Source: Azolla caroliniana
Lineage: Eukaryota > Plantae > Polypodiophyta
Assembly (NCBI GenBank): GCA_043228905.1
Contig: JBHGNT010000015.1
Coordinates: forward strand, 1,364,001-1,428,000
Length of the DNA stretch: 64,000 bases
Direction: 5' to 3'
A model generated the notes under the pieces. The model saw nothing but the letters and a program-made list of their open reading frames with translations, made no database searches and had not been told where the DNA came from. Numbering within the stretch: the stretch's first letter is position 1; every line of letters begins with the position of its first letter. The translations under genes were made by a program, and so were the position numbers. Positions 38,991 to 52,186 of this stretch are shown one piece after another.

Positions 38991-41900
38991 CTTAGTGTGT
39001 GAACACCCCACCTCCTAATATAGTAACTAGTATGTCATAGAACCTTAAAGTTCTATGACACATATTTAGTGTAGTTAAGTCTCCACCTCTCTTTAGTAAG
39101 TGGTGATTGTAGAAAGAGAATATAGATAGAAGGTGACTATATAAGCACATGCCTCCTCTCCTTGTAACAGATGTTGGTTCATTGTTGGTTTTATTCTTGT
39201 TCTTGTTAATACAGTTTTTTGTATTGTTGAGAATCAAGCTCAACTTGGGCTAGTGTGTGAACTCACCTTGAGAGTGAATAGACACTCCAACGGTCAAGAG
39301 TCACCACTATGTCACCACTTTGTATTCTAGCATTTAGTATGAGTCATAAAATCATATTCTATGACACATAACTTATGAGCTTTCACATTCGCCATTCTCC
39401 ATGAGTCTTGTAGTTAATGAAGAGAGAGGGTGACTATATAAAGCACCCTCCTCCCACTTTGTATAATGTTGTGTCTTTCTCCTTTGTTAATACAATCCAC
39501 CTTGTGTATTCTCTGTGTCTTATTCCTTGTCTCTCTCACTCTCACTCTCTCTCTCATACACACACATAACTCATATCTCTTCTGCTTCACAAGAATCCAT
39601 ATCCGATTCTTGACATGGTATCAGAGCGATTTGGTAGCTCGATCTAGCCCATTTGCCTCATCGTGATCGTGTGTTGTGCTCCGCCGCCGACGACCAAGAA
39701 CCGGCTCATCGCTATCGTAGCTTCGCTACATAGCTCGCATACAAAGAGAGAAGAAGAAGAAGAAAAATCGACATAATCAATACTCAAATGGGGAGCGCTC
39801 TCCCTACCGAGAAGTTGGATCGAAACAACTTCGCATCTTGGGAGTACAAGATGCACCAATACCTTGTCAGACAAGGCTATTGGAGCTACATCAAAGGAGC
39901 GCATGAAGACCGACCCGCCGAAGCGGCTCCCGGATATGCGACATGGGAGCAAGCCGCAAGCCGTGTGATGTATTGCTTGGCGACATTTGTTCACGATCAC
40001 ATGCTCGGCTACATTCGCGAAGCCAAGACGCCGAAGGAGGCATGGGAAAATCTACGAAAGATTTTCATAGCGAACACAACCGCAAGAAGGCTTCAACTCC
40101 GCCAAGAGTTGAACAACATTCAACAAAGGGACATGTCCATTACGACATACACCTCGAAGATCAAGGAGCTTTGCGATTCGCTTGGCTCAATAAGCGTAAA
40201 TATCGATGATGATGAGATGGTTCAAATATGCCTCGGAGGCCTCGCACCACGGTTCGGCGCGATGCGAACCGCCGTTCTAGCACGGGAGAAATCTCCCTCC
40301 TTCTTCGAGCTCCAACCAATGCTATTGGTCGAAGAAAACCACGTACGTACAAGGAGCAATGAGTCGGAAGGCCTCATGCTCTACATGCAATCGAACGGAG
40401 GAAGAGGACGCGGACGACCGAGAGGCCGATTCAGCCAAGGACAAGGCGGACGAGGTCCGACCTACGATAACAACTCCCAATTTTGGCCGGAAAACGGAAG
40501 CCAACGAGGAACCTTCGCAAGAAGGGGGAGATTTTACTCCGGCCTGAGCCGTCAAAACGCAACCGAATGTGGATATTGCGGAAAGCTCAGCCACCACGAA
40601 GAAGAGTGCCGAAAGAAGATACGTGAATCGGCTTCCACAAGCCGACAACTCACAAATTACGCGCACAATTCTGACTACGAAGAGTATAGCGGAATGTACG
40701 GGCACAACTCCGACTACGAGGATCGTGGCGGAATGTACACATACAACTCCGACCGTGGTGGAATGTTCATGATGAAACATAGAGCAAACTCTATGTCGGC
40801 CTCTACCTCAACTAGTGCCCTCAATCCGGAGGACATATGGTTTGTTGACTCCAGCGCCTCAAACCATATGACATCCCATAAAGAATGGTTTCTCGAACTT
40901 TGAGAGCCGGAGCGACCCGGTTATGTCGAAACCAAAGACGACACTACACACTTGATTCGGCACATCAGCAATGTTCCGTTCAGAAAAGAAGGTAAGCAAA
41001 ATTACATTAAAAATGTCTTGCATGTACCGACCATTACGAAGAATTCGGTCTCCGTCGGCCAAATTGTAGAGCAAGGGATGCAAGTTCGATTTAATCAAGG
41101 TGGTTGCTTCATCGAAAAAGAGGGCCGACTCATCGCACGCGGACGAAGAGAGGGCCGAATGTTCATTCTCGACTCACACGAGATGAAATCGGCCATGTTT
41201 GCAAAGGGCATGACAGCCGACTCCGACATAGAGTTATGGCACAAGCGGATTGGCCATATAAATCTCCAAAAGCTCAAAGCAATGAAATCGAAAGGAGTCA
41301 TCATCGGACTCCCGACATTCAAAGAGAAGGAGATTGAAGGTGTATGCGAAGCGTGCCAATTCGGCAAGCAACACCGATACCCATTCTCGAAAGAGCGGAA
41401 CGTGAGCAAAGGTCTACTCGACGTAGTCCATTCCGACGTATGGGGACCGGCACAGACGGCTACATTCGGTTGATGCCGATATTACGTGCTCTTCATCGAC
41501 GACTTCTCTAGGCACACTTGGATCTACCTGATGCGGCAAAAGAGCGAAGTGTTTGGACACTTCCAAACATTCAAGAATGAAGTCGAGAAAGCTACGGGCC
41601 AACATGTACGATGTCTTCGATCGGATGGCGGCAAGGAGTACTTCTTGGACGATTTCACATCGTATCTCCTAAAGGAAGGAATTCGGCGAGAATTCACTTG
41701 CCGACACACTCCGCAACAAAACGGTGTAGCTGAACCCAAAAATCGGCACATCCTCGAGGTAGCGCGGGCCATGATGAACGAGAAGCATATGCCCAAGTCA
41801 TATTGGGCCGAAGCTGCAAATACGGCCGTCTACCTAATGAATCGGTGCACAACATCCGGCGTGCACGAGGTCACTCTGCACGAAAAATACTTCAGAAAGA

Positions 41901-44900
41901 AGCTAGACTTATCGCACATCCGGATATTCGGCACGATAGCGTACGTGCACATCCCCGACGACAAGCGTCAAAAGCTTGACCCGAAGTCGGAGAAATGTAT
42001 CCTCGTAGGATACTCACACGAACAAAAGGGGTACAAGTGCTACAACCCCTCAACTCGAAAATCTCGAGTAAGTCGAGACGTCGTTTTTGACGAGTTCGCA
42101 TCCTGATACGCACCAGAGACAACTTCGCCTCCTACTCCGCTCGATTCGGAATCTGCCGAACAAGAGATTGAGGATGAAGATCGCCCTACATGCATGATTG
42201 AAGAAAGTCCGATCACGACCTGATTGAGCGAACCACAAGAGCCTTTGAGCAATCAAAGCACATCACGGCCTAGCCCGAAAATGGACAAAGGCAAGGAGAA
42301 AATGTCGGAATACGAAGAAGATTGCTTCAACGACAATGAGTCGACTCACTCACTCGACAGTGAGTTCGGCGGTTTCGAGTTACCAATCGGAGCTAAGAAA
42401 GCCCTCATCTCTGCAAATGAAAAGCTCTGCCGATCCACCCGTGAAAAGAACCCCGTAAGCCGATTCGGCTACAATGATTATATGGCGTACCATTACGCCT
42501 TTATGATGAAGGTAGCGACAGTACGGAAGCCACGAAGGACCCGTGATGGATCGAAGCAATGAACGAGGAGATGTAGGCACTACGGAAGAACGAGACGTGG
42601 GATCTCGTTCCCACCTCACCACACAAAAAGGTGATCGGATGCAGATGGATTTACAAAGTGAAGTACAACGCAGACGGTTCCGTCAACCGCTACAAAGCGC
42701 GACTCGTAGCGAAAGGCTACGCCCAAACGCACGGAGTTGACTACGAGGAGACCTTTGCCCCGGTGGCAAAGATGACGACGGTACGGACCATAATTGCGCT
42801 TGCCGCGGCGAAAGGGTGGCACCTCCATCAAATGGACGTCAAGAATGCCTTTCTACAAGGCAAATTAGAAGAGGAGGTGTACATGATACAACCACCCGGC
42901 TTCGAATCGCACATTCATCCAAAAGCTATTTGCTGACTCAAGAAGCCACTCTATGGCCTCAAGCAAGCACCACGTGCTTGGCATTCGAAGATAATGCAAT
43001 ATCTTCATTAAATCGGCTTCCGTATGTCAAAATCAGACAACTCCATCTACATACGAAGTGATTCCGCAAGTCCGATCGTCATCATCTTATATGTGGATGA
43101 CCTAGTCAGTGGAGGTGAGCATCTTGTCGAAATCAATAAGGTCAAATCCCTCCTTTCCGACAAGTTCGAGATGACGGACATGAAGGAGCTCCACTACTTC
43201 CTCGGCATCGAGGTAATTCGGACTTCGGCCGTAATCATGATCTCTCAACGACACTACATCCTCAACTTACTGTACAAGTTCGGGATGGCTGAGTGCAAAT
43301 CCGTGGCAACCCCGCTCGATCGTAATCTCAAACTAGATGCGAACTCCGGCACCAGAGCGTGTGAGCCGACTCAGTATCGGCAACTCATCGGGAGTCTCAT
43401 CTACCTCACGATCGCTCAACCCGATCTCAGCTATCTAGTCGGTCTCCTTAGTCAATTCATGCAAACACCGCGTGATACTCACTTGGATTGCGCTAAGCGA
43501 GTTCTACGGTACGTGAGCGGCATAATGGATTGCGGCATCCTCTACAAGACCGTTGTCGCGTTATTACGCGCGTGCGTGGAGAAAGGCGGGGCCACGGGGG
43601 TCTTGGACTAGGGAGTGTTGGAGCGTAGGAAGTCAGGCTTCACCGTTCCCGGGGCATCTCAAAAGCACACCGGAAGCAACTGAGGGGAGAGAGAGAGTGC
43701 GCGCTTAACACCGACTCACGCACACACACACATGCTCACCCGCCTCGCGCCCTCATGTACAGGAAACGCAGGAAAGGGGAAACACCCGACACGAACATAG
43801 ACGCGAATATACACAGATAGACGCAAACATATATATATGTATAAACAGAAGAATACATTCCCGGCTTCGAGCCGGACTGAGGTAGGTTACAATAGTCGTC
43901 TGCTGCCAAGCCGCCGTCGGGGAGCTCTCAGCTCGTCGCGCCGAGCGGGGTCTTGCACAGGAGGCCGAACCAAAGCAAACCCTAAGCGAAACACGAAGAA
44001 GGAGAAGAAGAAGAACCTAACTCTAAACCTAACGGTATACCCTCTATTGCAAAATGAGCAACCCCTCCACAAAGGGCGATCCCTTCCTTTTATAGAACAA
44101 GGAGAGGGATGCGTTACAATGTGGGACAAATCCCGACTTTCATGGGATCGTCTGTCCCGACTTGACTACTCTTCGGCGCCATAAAGGCGTCCTCGATATT
44201 CACACTAAATGTACATGGGTGCGTACACACGCTGCACCCCGTCGATGTAGCCAATGTTTCCCGATTTTTGCCTCTGGCCGAAATTCTTCACGACATCCGC
44301 CACCACCTAACTGCACGTCCACCGGTACGTGCCAATCTGGTTGAAGGGTGAGAGATTTCGGCCGGTGAGAAACCGGTCTCCCGTGATCCGCATCTCGGCT
44401 TGCTGCCGGTTTGATCCGTCGGCTTCTAGTCTTCCTTCGCGCTCGCCTCCCCGTAGGCTCGTTCGACCCGTCGATGGGTCCTCTGCCGCGATCTCCGTAG
44501 TACGCGTTCTTCCGTTGGCCCTTGTTCGGCCGTATGAACGCCCTGCTTCCCGCCGTATGCCCGATGTCCTCCGCTTGAGCCATGCCCGTGGTGGCCCGCT
44601 TGGCCTCTGTTGTCCAATCATGATGTCCCGATGGTGTTTCGCGTCGCCTTCGTCCTTCCGCCGCCACCTTCCTTCTCCATGGTCTTACATCGCCGCGTCG
44701 GCTCAAACCACCATGGTCTCCGGAACGGTGTGGAGGATCCCTTTCCGACGTTCTCCGCGCTCGCCTTCCCGCTCCGGCACCCCCCCATGTGCCACATACC
44801 CTCATCCGTTGTTTGGCACCGCCTGTGCTGCGCTCCGGTTCATTGCACGTCTTGTCGGCCCCTTTCCGGCCAGATCGCGCATCGCCGCTCACCTGTATAC

Positions 44901-45258
44901 CGGTGTTCTTTGCATCTGAGGAAAACCCCGTAGTAGCCCTCTTGGCCCTTCCCGTCTTCGTGCTGCTGCAATAGGTCCTGAGTCTTCCGCTTGCCGTCGT
45001 CCCCTCGCCCCCACCAGCTTCTCGTCCCGGCTTGCCGTGTCAGTCTTCGTTACTTCGACGAATCTACCAGGATCTACGAAGCGAGTGTGGAGGATCCTCC
45101 TTCGGCCTCTCTTGCCATCCCCTGACTCCGACCCTGTGCAGTTCACTAGGCACTTGTCACGTCGTTCTCGGCACCTCCCTTGTGCCGTCTTCCGCTTCCT
45201 TTGTTCGGCACCGCCCGTGCAGAACACCGTCCCGTAGTCACGCTTCGATCCGGCCCGC

Positions 45259-48200
45259 TGTCGAGGTATTCTTCGCGGATGCGTGGAATGAGGCGGGACC
45301 TCGGGGGTCCTGTACCGAAGAGCAAGAGAGAAAGGAGAAGAGACCCACTACGTGCGAGAGTAGATTCACAGGGACACGGCCCTTCGACACAAAGACGCGA
45401 GTGGGACAACGACACAGAGAGACACGAATGTATGTATGTATTAACAAAGACAAACAACAAAACACGGAGTCAGTTACAACCGACCAGGCCGGCGAACAGA
45501 TGCCGATACCTGTTCGTAAACGCACAGAAAGGAAGGAGTAGGTTGGAGGTGCTGCCGGAAGCACTCGGGCATTCCTCAGAGCAGCGCGAGCCTCCCGAAA
45601 CCTGCACAGAAGGAAGCTATGGCGTTTGCGAACCAGAGAGAGAGAGAAGCCTTCGCCCACGAACCGACAATACTTCGTCCTCGACTCTCCGCAATTTTCT
45701 TTTCCCTCCTCGTCTCCCTCCTCTTATAGGCAAGGAAGGAGCTGTTTCCTATTAGCTTCCTACCCACCGAATCTACCTACCTAGGATCCTCTATGCCCCT
45801 AATGCTCTCTTATGTACAACGTAAGGCGTACGTGTATGAAGAGCCGGTTCCTATGCTCCGGCGCGCTGATTCCGCTCGCGGACGGTTTTCTTCACGACAT
45901 CCGCCCCCACCTAACCGCACATCCACCGGCATGCGCCAAATTGAGTCGGGACGGAGAAAACCGGTCCAGCCTTTATTCCCCGCCCGTCGGTTCTTCTTCG
46001 GTTTCGGATCGTTCGTCGTCCCGGTCCAGGTTATCCGGATCCGGCTCGTCGTCGTGACGCTTCTTGAACGCTTTGATCCGCTTCCCAGCTACCGGTCTCG
46101 CCATTCTCGTGCCGTCAAGTTCCGCCAGATGGTATGTCCCGTTGTCGTTGGCGCTTTGTACCACGTAAGGCCCGAACCACCTTCTTGCGAACTTCCGTGT
46201 CGCTCGGTGCTGGTTGTCGAGGCTGTTGTCGTAGACTAGCACCCAGTCGCCTTCCTCGATCTTCTTCGGTCGGAGCCGGTGCGTCCGGTCGAACCGGGCT
46301 TTGTTCCTCGTCCTGGCCACCTGAAGCTTTTCCGCAGCCTGCTCCACGTCCTCCGGTCTTCGCTCGAGCTGTCGTATGCGCGCCGTCAACAGTTCCTCCC
46401 AGCTCATCTCGTCTCTCCAGTCCATGGTTGCCCATGAGGAGATCATACGTTCCATTCGCATGATTGGCTTCTGCCCAAACATGAGCTCTGGCGGCATGAA
46501 TCCGGTTACCGAACTGTGCGTAGTTCGGTCAACCCACAACGCGTAAGGCAGCAGCCGCGGCCAGTTCCCGACTTGACCTCCGCATGCCCGAACTAACGCC
46601 TTGACGATCAGTCCGTGTCCGCGCTCCACCTTTCCATTTGCCTCCGGATTGTACGCAGTGGTAAGCGAGAGCTTGACTCCTAGCCGGTTGAACAACTCTT
46701 CGGCCTCTTCGGCATCCAACTCCCCGCGATCAGCCACGATCTTCCTGACGCACCCGTACCGGCATATCACGTCCTCGATCAAGAACCCGTTTTGTTCTGA
46801 AGGGCTCGGCCTTCTACCTGGTTCGTCAAATCTTCCCGAGCCAGGACTAGATACCGCATCTGTCCTACTCCCATCGGCATCGTCACCAAATCTACCATCC
46901 ATTTGAAGTGGATGGTTGGAGGGTACGTAGGGTGAAGCTCGTCCCGATGTCGGACTATGGAGTGCATCTGACAGCTCTCGCAAGTTGTCAAGAACCGATG
47001 CACGTCCCGGTACAGTCCCGGCCACCAGTACTCCCCCTTTATCTTCTCGAACGTGGCCCACGTTCCACGGTGCCCAGCCCAAGGGCTGTCGTGGTAGGCC
47101 GTCAGCAACTCCTCCTGTTCTTCCTTCATCGCCACCACCCGGAGCGGGACGCCGTTCCTCTTCTTCGGGTGCTTCCATAAGTGTCCGTCCCGGAGGAAGA
47201 ATCGGTATGCTTTCTTCCGGATCCGGTTGGCCTCGTCCCTCGTCCACGACGCATCCGGCGTCATTGTCCTCAAGAAACCACCGATCTGGAGCCACTCGCC
47301 GTCGTACTTGCTCTCGTCGAAGCCGTTAAGTGTCGGAGTGCTCGTCCCATCGGTCGTCACATACGCTGCCTCAAAGAAGTCCACGCCGACTTCTTCGTCC
47401 TCCGAAACCATGCCGCCCTCGTCATCAAACCTTGCCCTCGAAAGCATGTCGGCCATGGCGTTGTCCTTTCCGGAAATGTGTCGTATCTCCGGGTCCAGGG
47501 ACTTGATGTACGCTATCCACCTGAGCATCGCCAGGTCCGCTGTCGCACATCCGGAAACCATGCCGAGAATCGGTAGGCAATCCGTCTCGATAATCACTTT
47601 TGTCCCAATCAGGTAGTCTTTGTCGGCCTTTACCGCCGAAACGATACCCCAGAGTTCGCGTTTAACCTGGGCGTACCCTCGCTGTCGCTCACTGAGGACC
47701 TTAGCGCCGAATCGGATCGGGAACCGGGTGCCGTCCTCGTCTTCTTGGTTGATGACCCAACCGATCCCGGTCGGGCTCGTATCCACCGTTATGTATACCG
47801 GGGTACCCTTCTCGTAGACAGCCTTTCGGAGCGCCGGTGTTGCCGCAAGAGCTTCCTTTAGCTTCCGGACCGACTCCGTGTGCTCGTCTCGCCACTCGAA
47901 TCTTCGCCCCTTCTTCAGCAACCCGTATAGTGGCTCCGCAACGTGGGCGTAATGCGGGATCCATATGTGGTAGAACGCGCATGCCCCCAGGAACCTCCGA
48001 ACTTCCGTAATCGAGCTACAATCGGTCTTCATCGCGGAGATGGCTTCTACCTTTGCCGGAGACGGCTTCCGGCCATATGGTCCACATAGGTGCCCGACCA
48101 CCAGGATTTTTGATTGCCCGAAGGCCGATTTCTCCCCGGAGAAGGTGAGCCTCGCATCCTCTAGCCTTTGTAGCACCTTCTCGCAGTCGTTGATGTGTGT

Positions 48201-51200
48201 TGCCACGAATCGCCAGCATCCGTCCGGCCCGACTGTCTCGTCCTTCTCTTCTACCGGGCACCCCTTGATAGGGATGTCGTCTAGAAACGGCATGGTGATG
48301 TCCGGGATGCAATCCCTCAGTACTTTGTTCATTGCATTCACCATGTGGGCCACCGAGTTGGTCCCTCCTTGTGGCAGGGTACACATTCGCACTAGGCCGA
48401 GGGGAGTTCGCATCGTCGTAATGTCTCTGCTCTCCACGGCTAGCTGAAACTGGTCGTACCCCGAGTACAGATCACCGACCGAGTAAATCGACCTTCCGGC
48501 GAAGGCCTCCGCGAACTTGTCTATGGTCGGTCTGATTCCTGCGTTCCGGATGGTCACTCTGTTGACCGGCTGCAGGTCCTGAATGAAGCGCAATGTTCCG
48601 TTTTTCTTTGGTACGGTAAACCATCGGTTCGAGTATGGCGCGCTCGACAGTTCGAGAATACCCATATCAACTTTCTGCCTCAATAGCTCCATCAACTTCG
48701 GGATGTGAGCTCTCGGTACTAGAATCGGCTCCACGATCGTCGGGTCTACGCACCCGATCTCTTCCGGTGAGAATGCGAAGGCCTTTCCGTGCCTTCCGAG
48801 CATTCTCCGAAACCGGTCTTCCTCCACCGGTAGTAGGAACCCGCCCCCACCGATCTTGAGCTCCCGGAGCGTCCCGTCGGTGAAGGTGTGTCCTATGCAG
48901 GCCGGATCTCATAAACTGGGGTTCGACGCAACCCCTCTGATTCGGGACTCGCTGCCCTCCTGTAATGGTGCCGCGACTGGCCTTACCTTCTGGTCCACAG
49001 TCTTGTACTTCGTGCTAACTTGGGCCATCTGATCCGACTCGAGCCCCTGACTGAAGTCCGCGATGGCTTCGTACATCTCTTCGGAACATACCGGTATCGT
49101 CCGGTCTTCGTTAAGGTCTTCTTCGGCAACCTTCCTCAGCATCCCCAAGGTGTCGTAGAAGGAGACCGCCTCCACGGCCCCGCTGATTTCCTCGTCCGGG
49201 CCGAGAACTCCGCATGCTCGAAGTCGCACTTCCGCCCTTGTCTTTTCTCGGCCAACGATGCCGACTATCATACACCCTCCGTTGTCAGAGAAGCAAAATC
49301 TCCTACCTATCGTACAGTCATGGGGACTTTCCCGAGTGTCCGGACTGTCTCGGCCCCACGCCTTGGCAGCCCTCTCTAAAAATCCTCCCGGTTCTCGCCA
49401 CCGAGGGATTCACGGTTTCGCTCGTGGTTCGGTCGCACCGTCAGAAATTGGACCGAATGGCGCCCGTCCTGGCTTTTGACCCTCGCATAGGCCGAACCGT
49501 TGTCTAGCACCTTGGTCTCCATTCTCGCCGCCGTGATGTATGGTTCCCCTAATATGACCGGATGCGAGGACGTCTCTTGTACGAAGAAATGTTGGTCAAT
49601 CTCGACGTCGCCGATCTTTACTCGCACATTCGGGCAGGCCCCGTGCAGTTCCTCGGTGGCGCGCGTCGCCGCCCGTATTTTCCACCCGTGCCTGGTGTTG
49701 ATCGACCACTTTCCCTTCTTATAGAAGTCCATGGACATTAGGTTTATTTCCGAACCGTGGTCCACCAACGCCACCACCGGTTCCTGAACATCTCTGATCT
49801 TTACCGGGGTCTCCGTGGTCGCTCGGGCCCAGTGTGGCCTCGAATAGTGGCTCTCCGCCCACCCACCTGCCAGCGCCGAGTCGTCGATGTGCGTCGTCCG
49901 CACCTCCACCGGTCTTTCCAGTTCCGTCTCCGTCGACAGCCTCTTCCGTTTCACCAAGTCTACAATGGAGTCGTGGAACTCCTTGGCGATCCCTAGCACC
50001 TCCCGCAATGACAGCTCCACTTTGCTGTCGAGGATCCGTTCTTCTAGGACCTTTCGTAGGTCCGTAGTCCTTTCTATTTCCGTCCCCAGTCGGTATCCGC
50101 CCTTCCTGGGGTTATCTTGCGAGCTGGACCCACCGGCATCGTTCCGTCGTTGCCCGAATCGGGTCTCGTACCGTTGTGAGGGCCCGGCCGCTCCGGCTTT
50201 CCCCACTCGTTTGTCTTCTACCAGAGCCTCGTAGTTCCGGCAGGCGGCTTCTACGAAGCCCGTCTTCTCCTCGACCGGATCGCTCCACCCGGTTATTTCC
50301 CGGACTCGTCTCTCAGCGTGGTCCGTTTCGTCTTTCCTTAGCCGTGCGCCGGCAAGACCTTCCAGCATTGCCGACCAGAATCCGTCTTTGCCCTCATTTC
50401 GGGCCTCGCTGCCCCCGACCCGAATGCCGGCCGACGCCGAGTAGTGGATGGCCTCCACGTGTCGGGCCGCTGCCTCTTCCATCAGTCTCTTCATACCTCC
50501 TCGTCCTTCGTTTCGGTTTAGGGCCCTTCTAGTGTCGCCGGCGTGCACCCGGCCTTCCCACAGGTACACCACCCGGTTCCTCAACGCTTCTGCCAAATCA
50601 CCGCAGTCCTTCCGGATGTGGCCGACCTCGTCGCACCACATGCACATGTTCCCTGCTGCCGGCCGTCGGTCACGAGCCGGTTCGCCGCCTTCCCTTCGAG
50701 TCTGGGCGATCTAGAGATCCTTAATCGCCCGCGTCAACTCCTCCAGCGCTGCTCCTTCGGACGAGCCACTGACCATGCCGGTCGAAGCCGGACCGGTTTC
50801 GAGCCATTCCCGGGTTTCTTCCCTTCACCCTTGCGGTGCCGGTTCAAGCCTCCTTGCTGTGACAGACCCCGCACCGGCCGCCCCGTTATCAGCCCATTCT
50901 CGCCGTTTGTCGAAATGGCCACAGACTCTCTTAACCGCGGCCCAGTCGGTCGTCATCCCGTCTTCGGTTTCCAGCAAGGAGCCGACTTGATCCCGGTCCC
51001 GCTTGTCCACCGACTTGACGAACAGTAGGACCCGGCTCGTATCCAGAACGGTTCGGTCAAGCGCCGAAAGGCGCCCAAAGCGTTCTTCGAACTCCCAGAG
51101 GAGTGCCGACGCGTTTCTTCCCTTGCCGGGGGACTCCACCCATTCCATGAAGTCTCGTTTCGAAAGCCGGAGCGCGTCGTCCAGCCCGTATTTTTCCAGG

Positions 51201-52186
51201 AGTCGGCCTTCGAACTCCTCCCAGGTACGGCTCTCCGCCCGCACCTCGAGCACCTCCGCATGGATGCTCGGCATCACCACTGGAGGAAACCCGGCAAGAC
51301 ACCTCTCTTCCAGAATGTCCCGCATCAGCATTTCTGCCCCATAGGACGCCAAATACTTCGTGGCATCCTTTCCGCTGAACCGGCCGATCGTACCGACAAC
51401 CGCCTCAATGGCTCTGTCGAGGGCGTCGGAGCCCTCGCGTGCGCTCCATATCCGATCCACGGCCAAAAACATGGCCTCCACAAGATCCGACCCTTTCATC
51501 TTCTGCTCTTCTGCCGCCTCCTTCACGTCGGGTTCACCAAAGATGTCGAGGTATTCCTCGCGGATGCGTGGAATGAGGCGGGACCTCGGGGGTCCTGTAC
51601 CGAAGAGCAATAGAGAAAGGAGAAGAGACCCACTACGTGCAAGAGTAGATTCACAGGGACATGGCCCTTCGACACAAAGACGCGAGTGGGACAGCGACAC
51701 AGAGAGACACAAATGTATGTATGTATTAACAAACACAAACAACAAAACACGGAGTCGGTTACAACCGACCAGGCCGGCGAACAGATGCCGATACTTGTTC
51801 GTAAACGCACAGAAAGGAAGGAGTAGGTTGGAGGTGCTGCCGGAAGCACTCGGGCATTCCTCAGAGCAGCGCGAGCCTCTCGAAACCTGCACAGAAGGAA
51901 GCTATGGCGTTTGCGAACCAGAGAGAGAGAGAGAAGCCTTCGCCCACGAACCGACAGCACTTCGTCCTCGACTCTCCGCGATTTTCTTTTCCCTCCTCGT
52001 CTCCCTCCTCTTATAGGCAATGAAGGAGCCGTTTCCTATTAGCTTCCTACCCACCGAATCTACCTACCTAGGATCCTCTATGCCCCTAATGCTCTCTTAT
52101 GTACAACGTAAGGCGTACGTGTATGAAGAGCCGGTTCCTATGCTCCGGCGCGCCGATTCCGCTCGCAGACGGTTTTCTTCACGACA
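45259..52186 (-). mobile_element. Ty3/Gypsy element E3 with gag-pol; LTRs 45259-45899 and 51544-52186; TSD CCGC
   Basis: TGTCG...CGACA LTRs, tRNA-Trp PBS at 51523-51539, PPT at 45900-45912, CCGC on both sides. The empty site is visible in E1 at ~34030-34060. Confidence 0.95.
45973..51500 (-). pseudogene. Gypsy gag-PR-RT-RH-INT, frameshifted
   Basis: Zinc knuckle CMWCDEVGHIRKDC, protease ALVDHGSEINLM, RT LPQGGTNSVA and FLDDI, RNase H DTSPTGIG...ETDC...NAMADMLSR, integrase HRG..CESCQMH, DRGE, NGKVERGH, GPY. No chromodomain visible. Confidence 0.93.
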
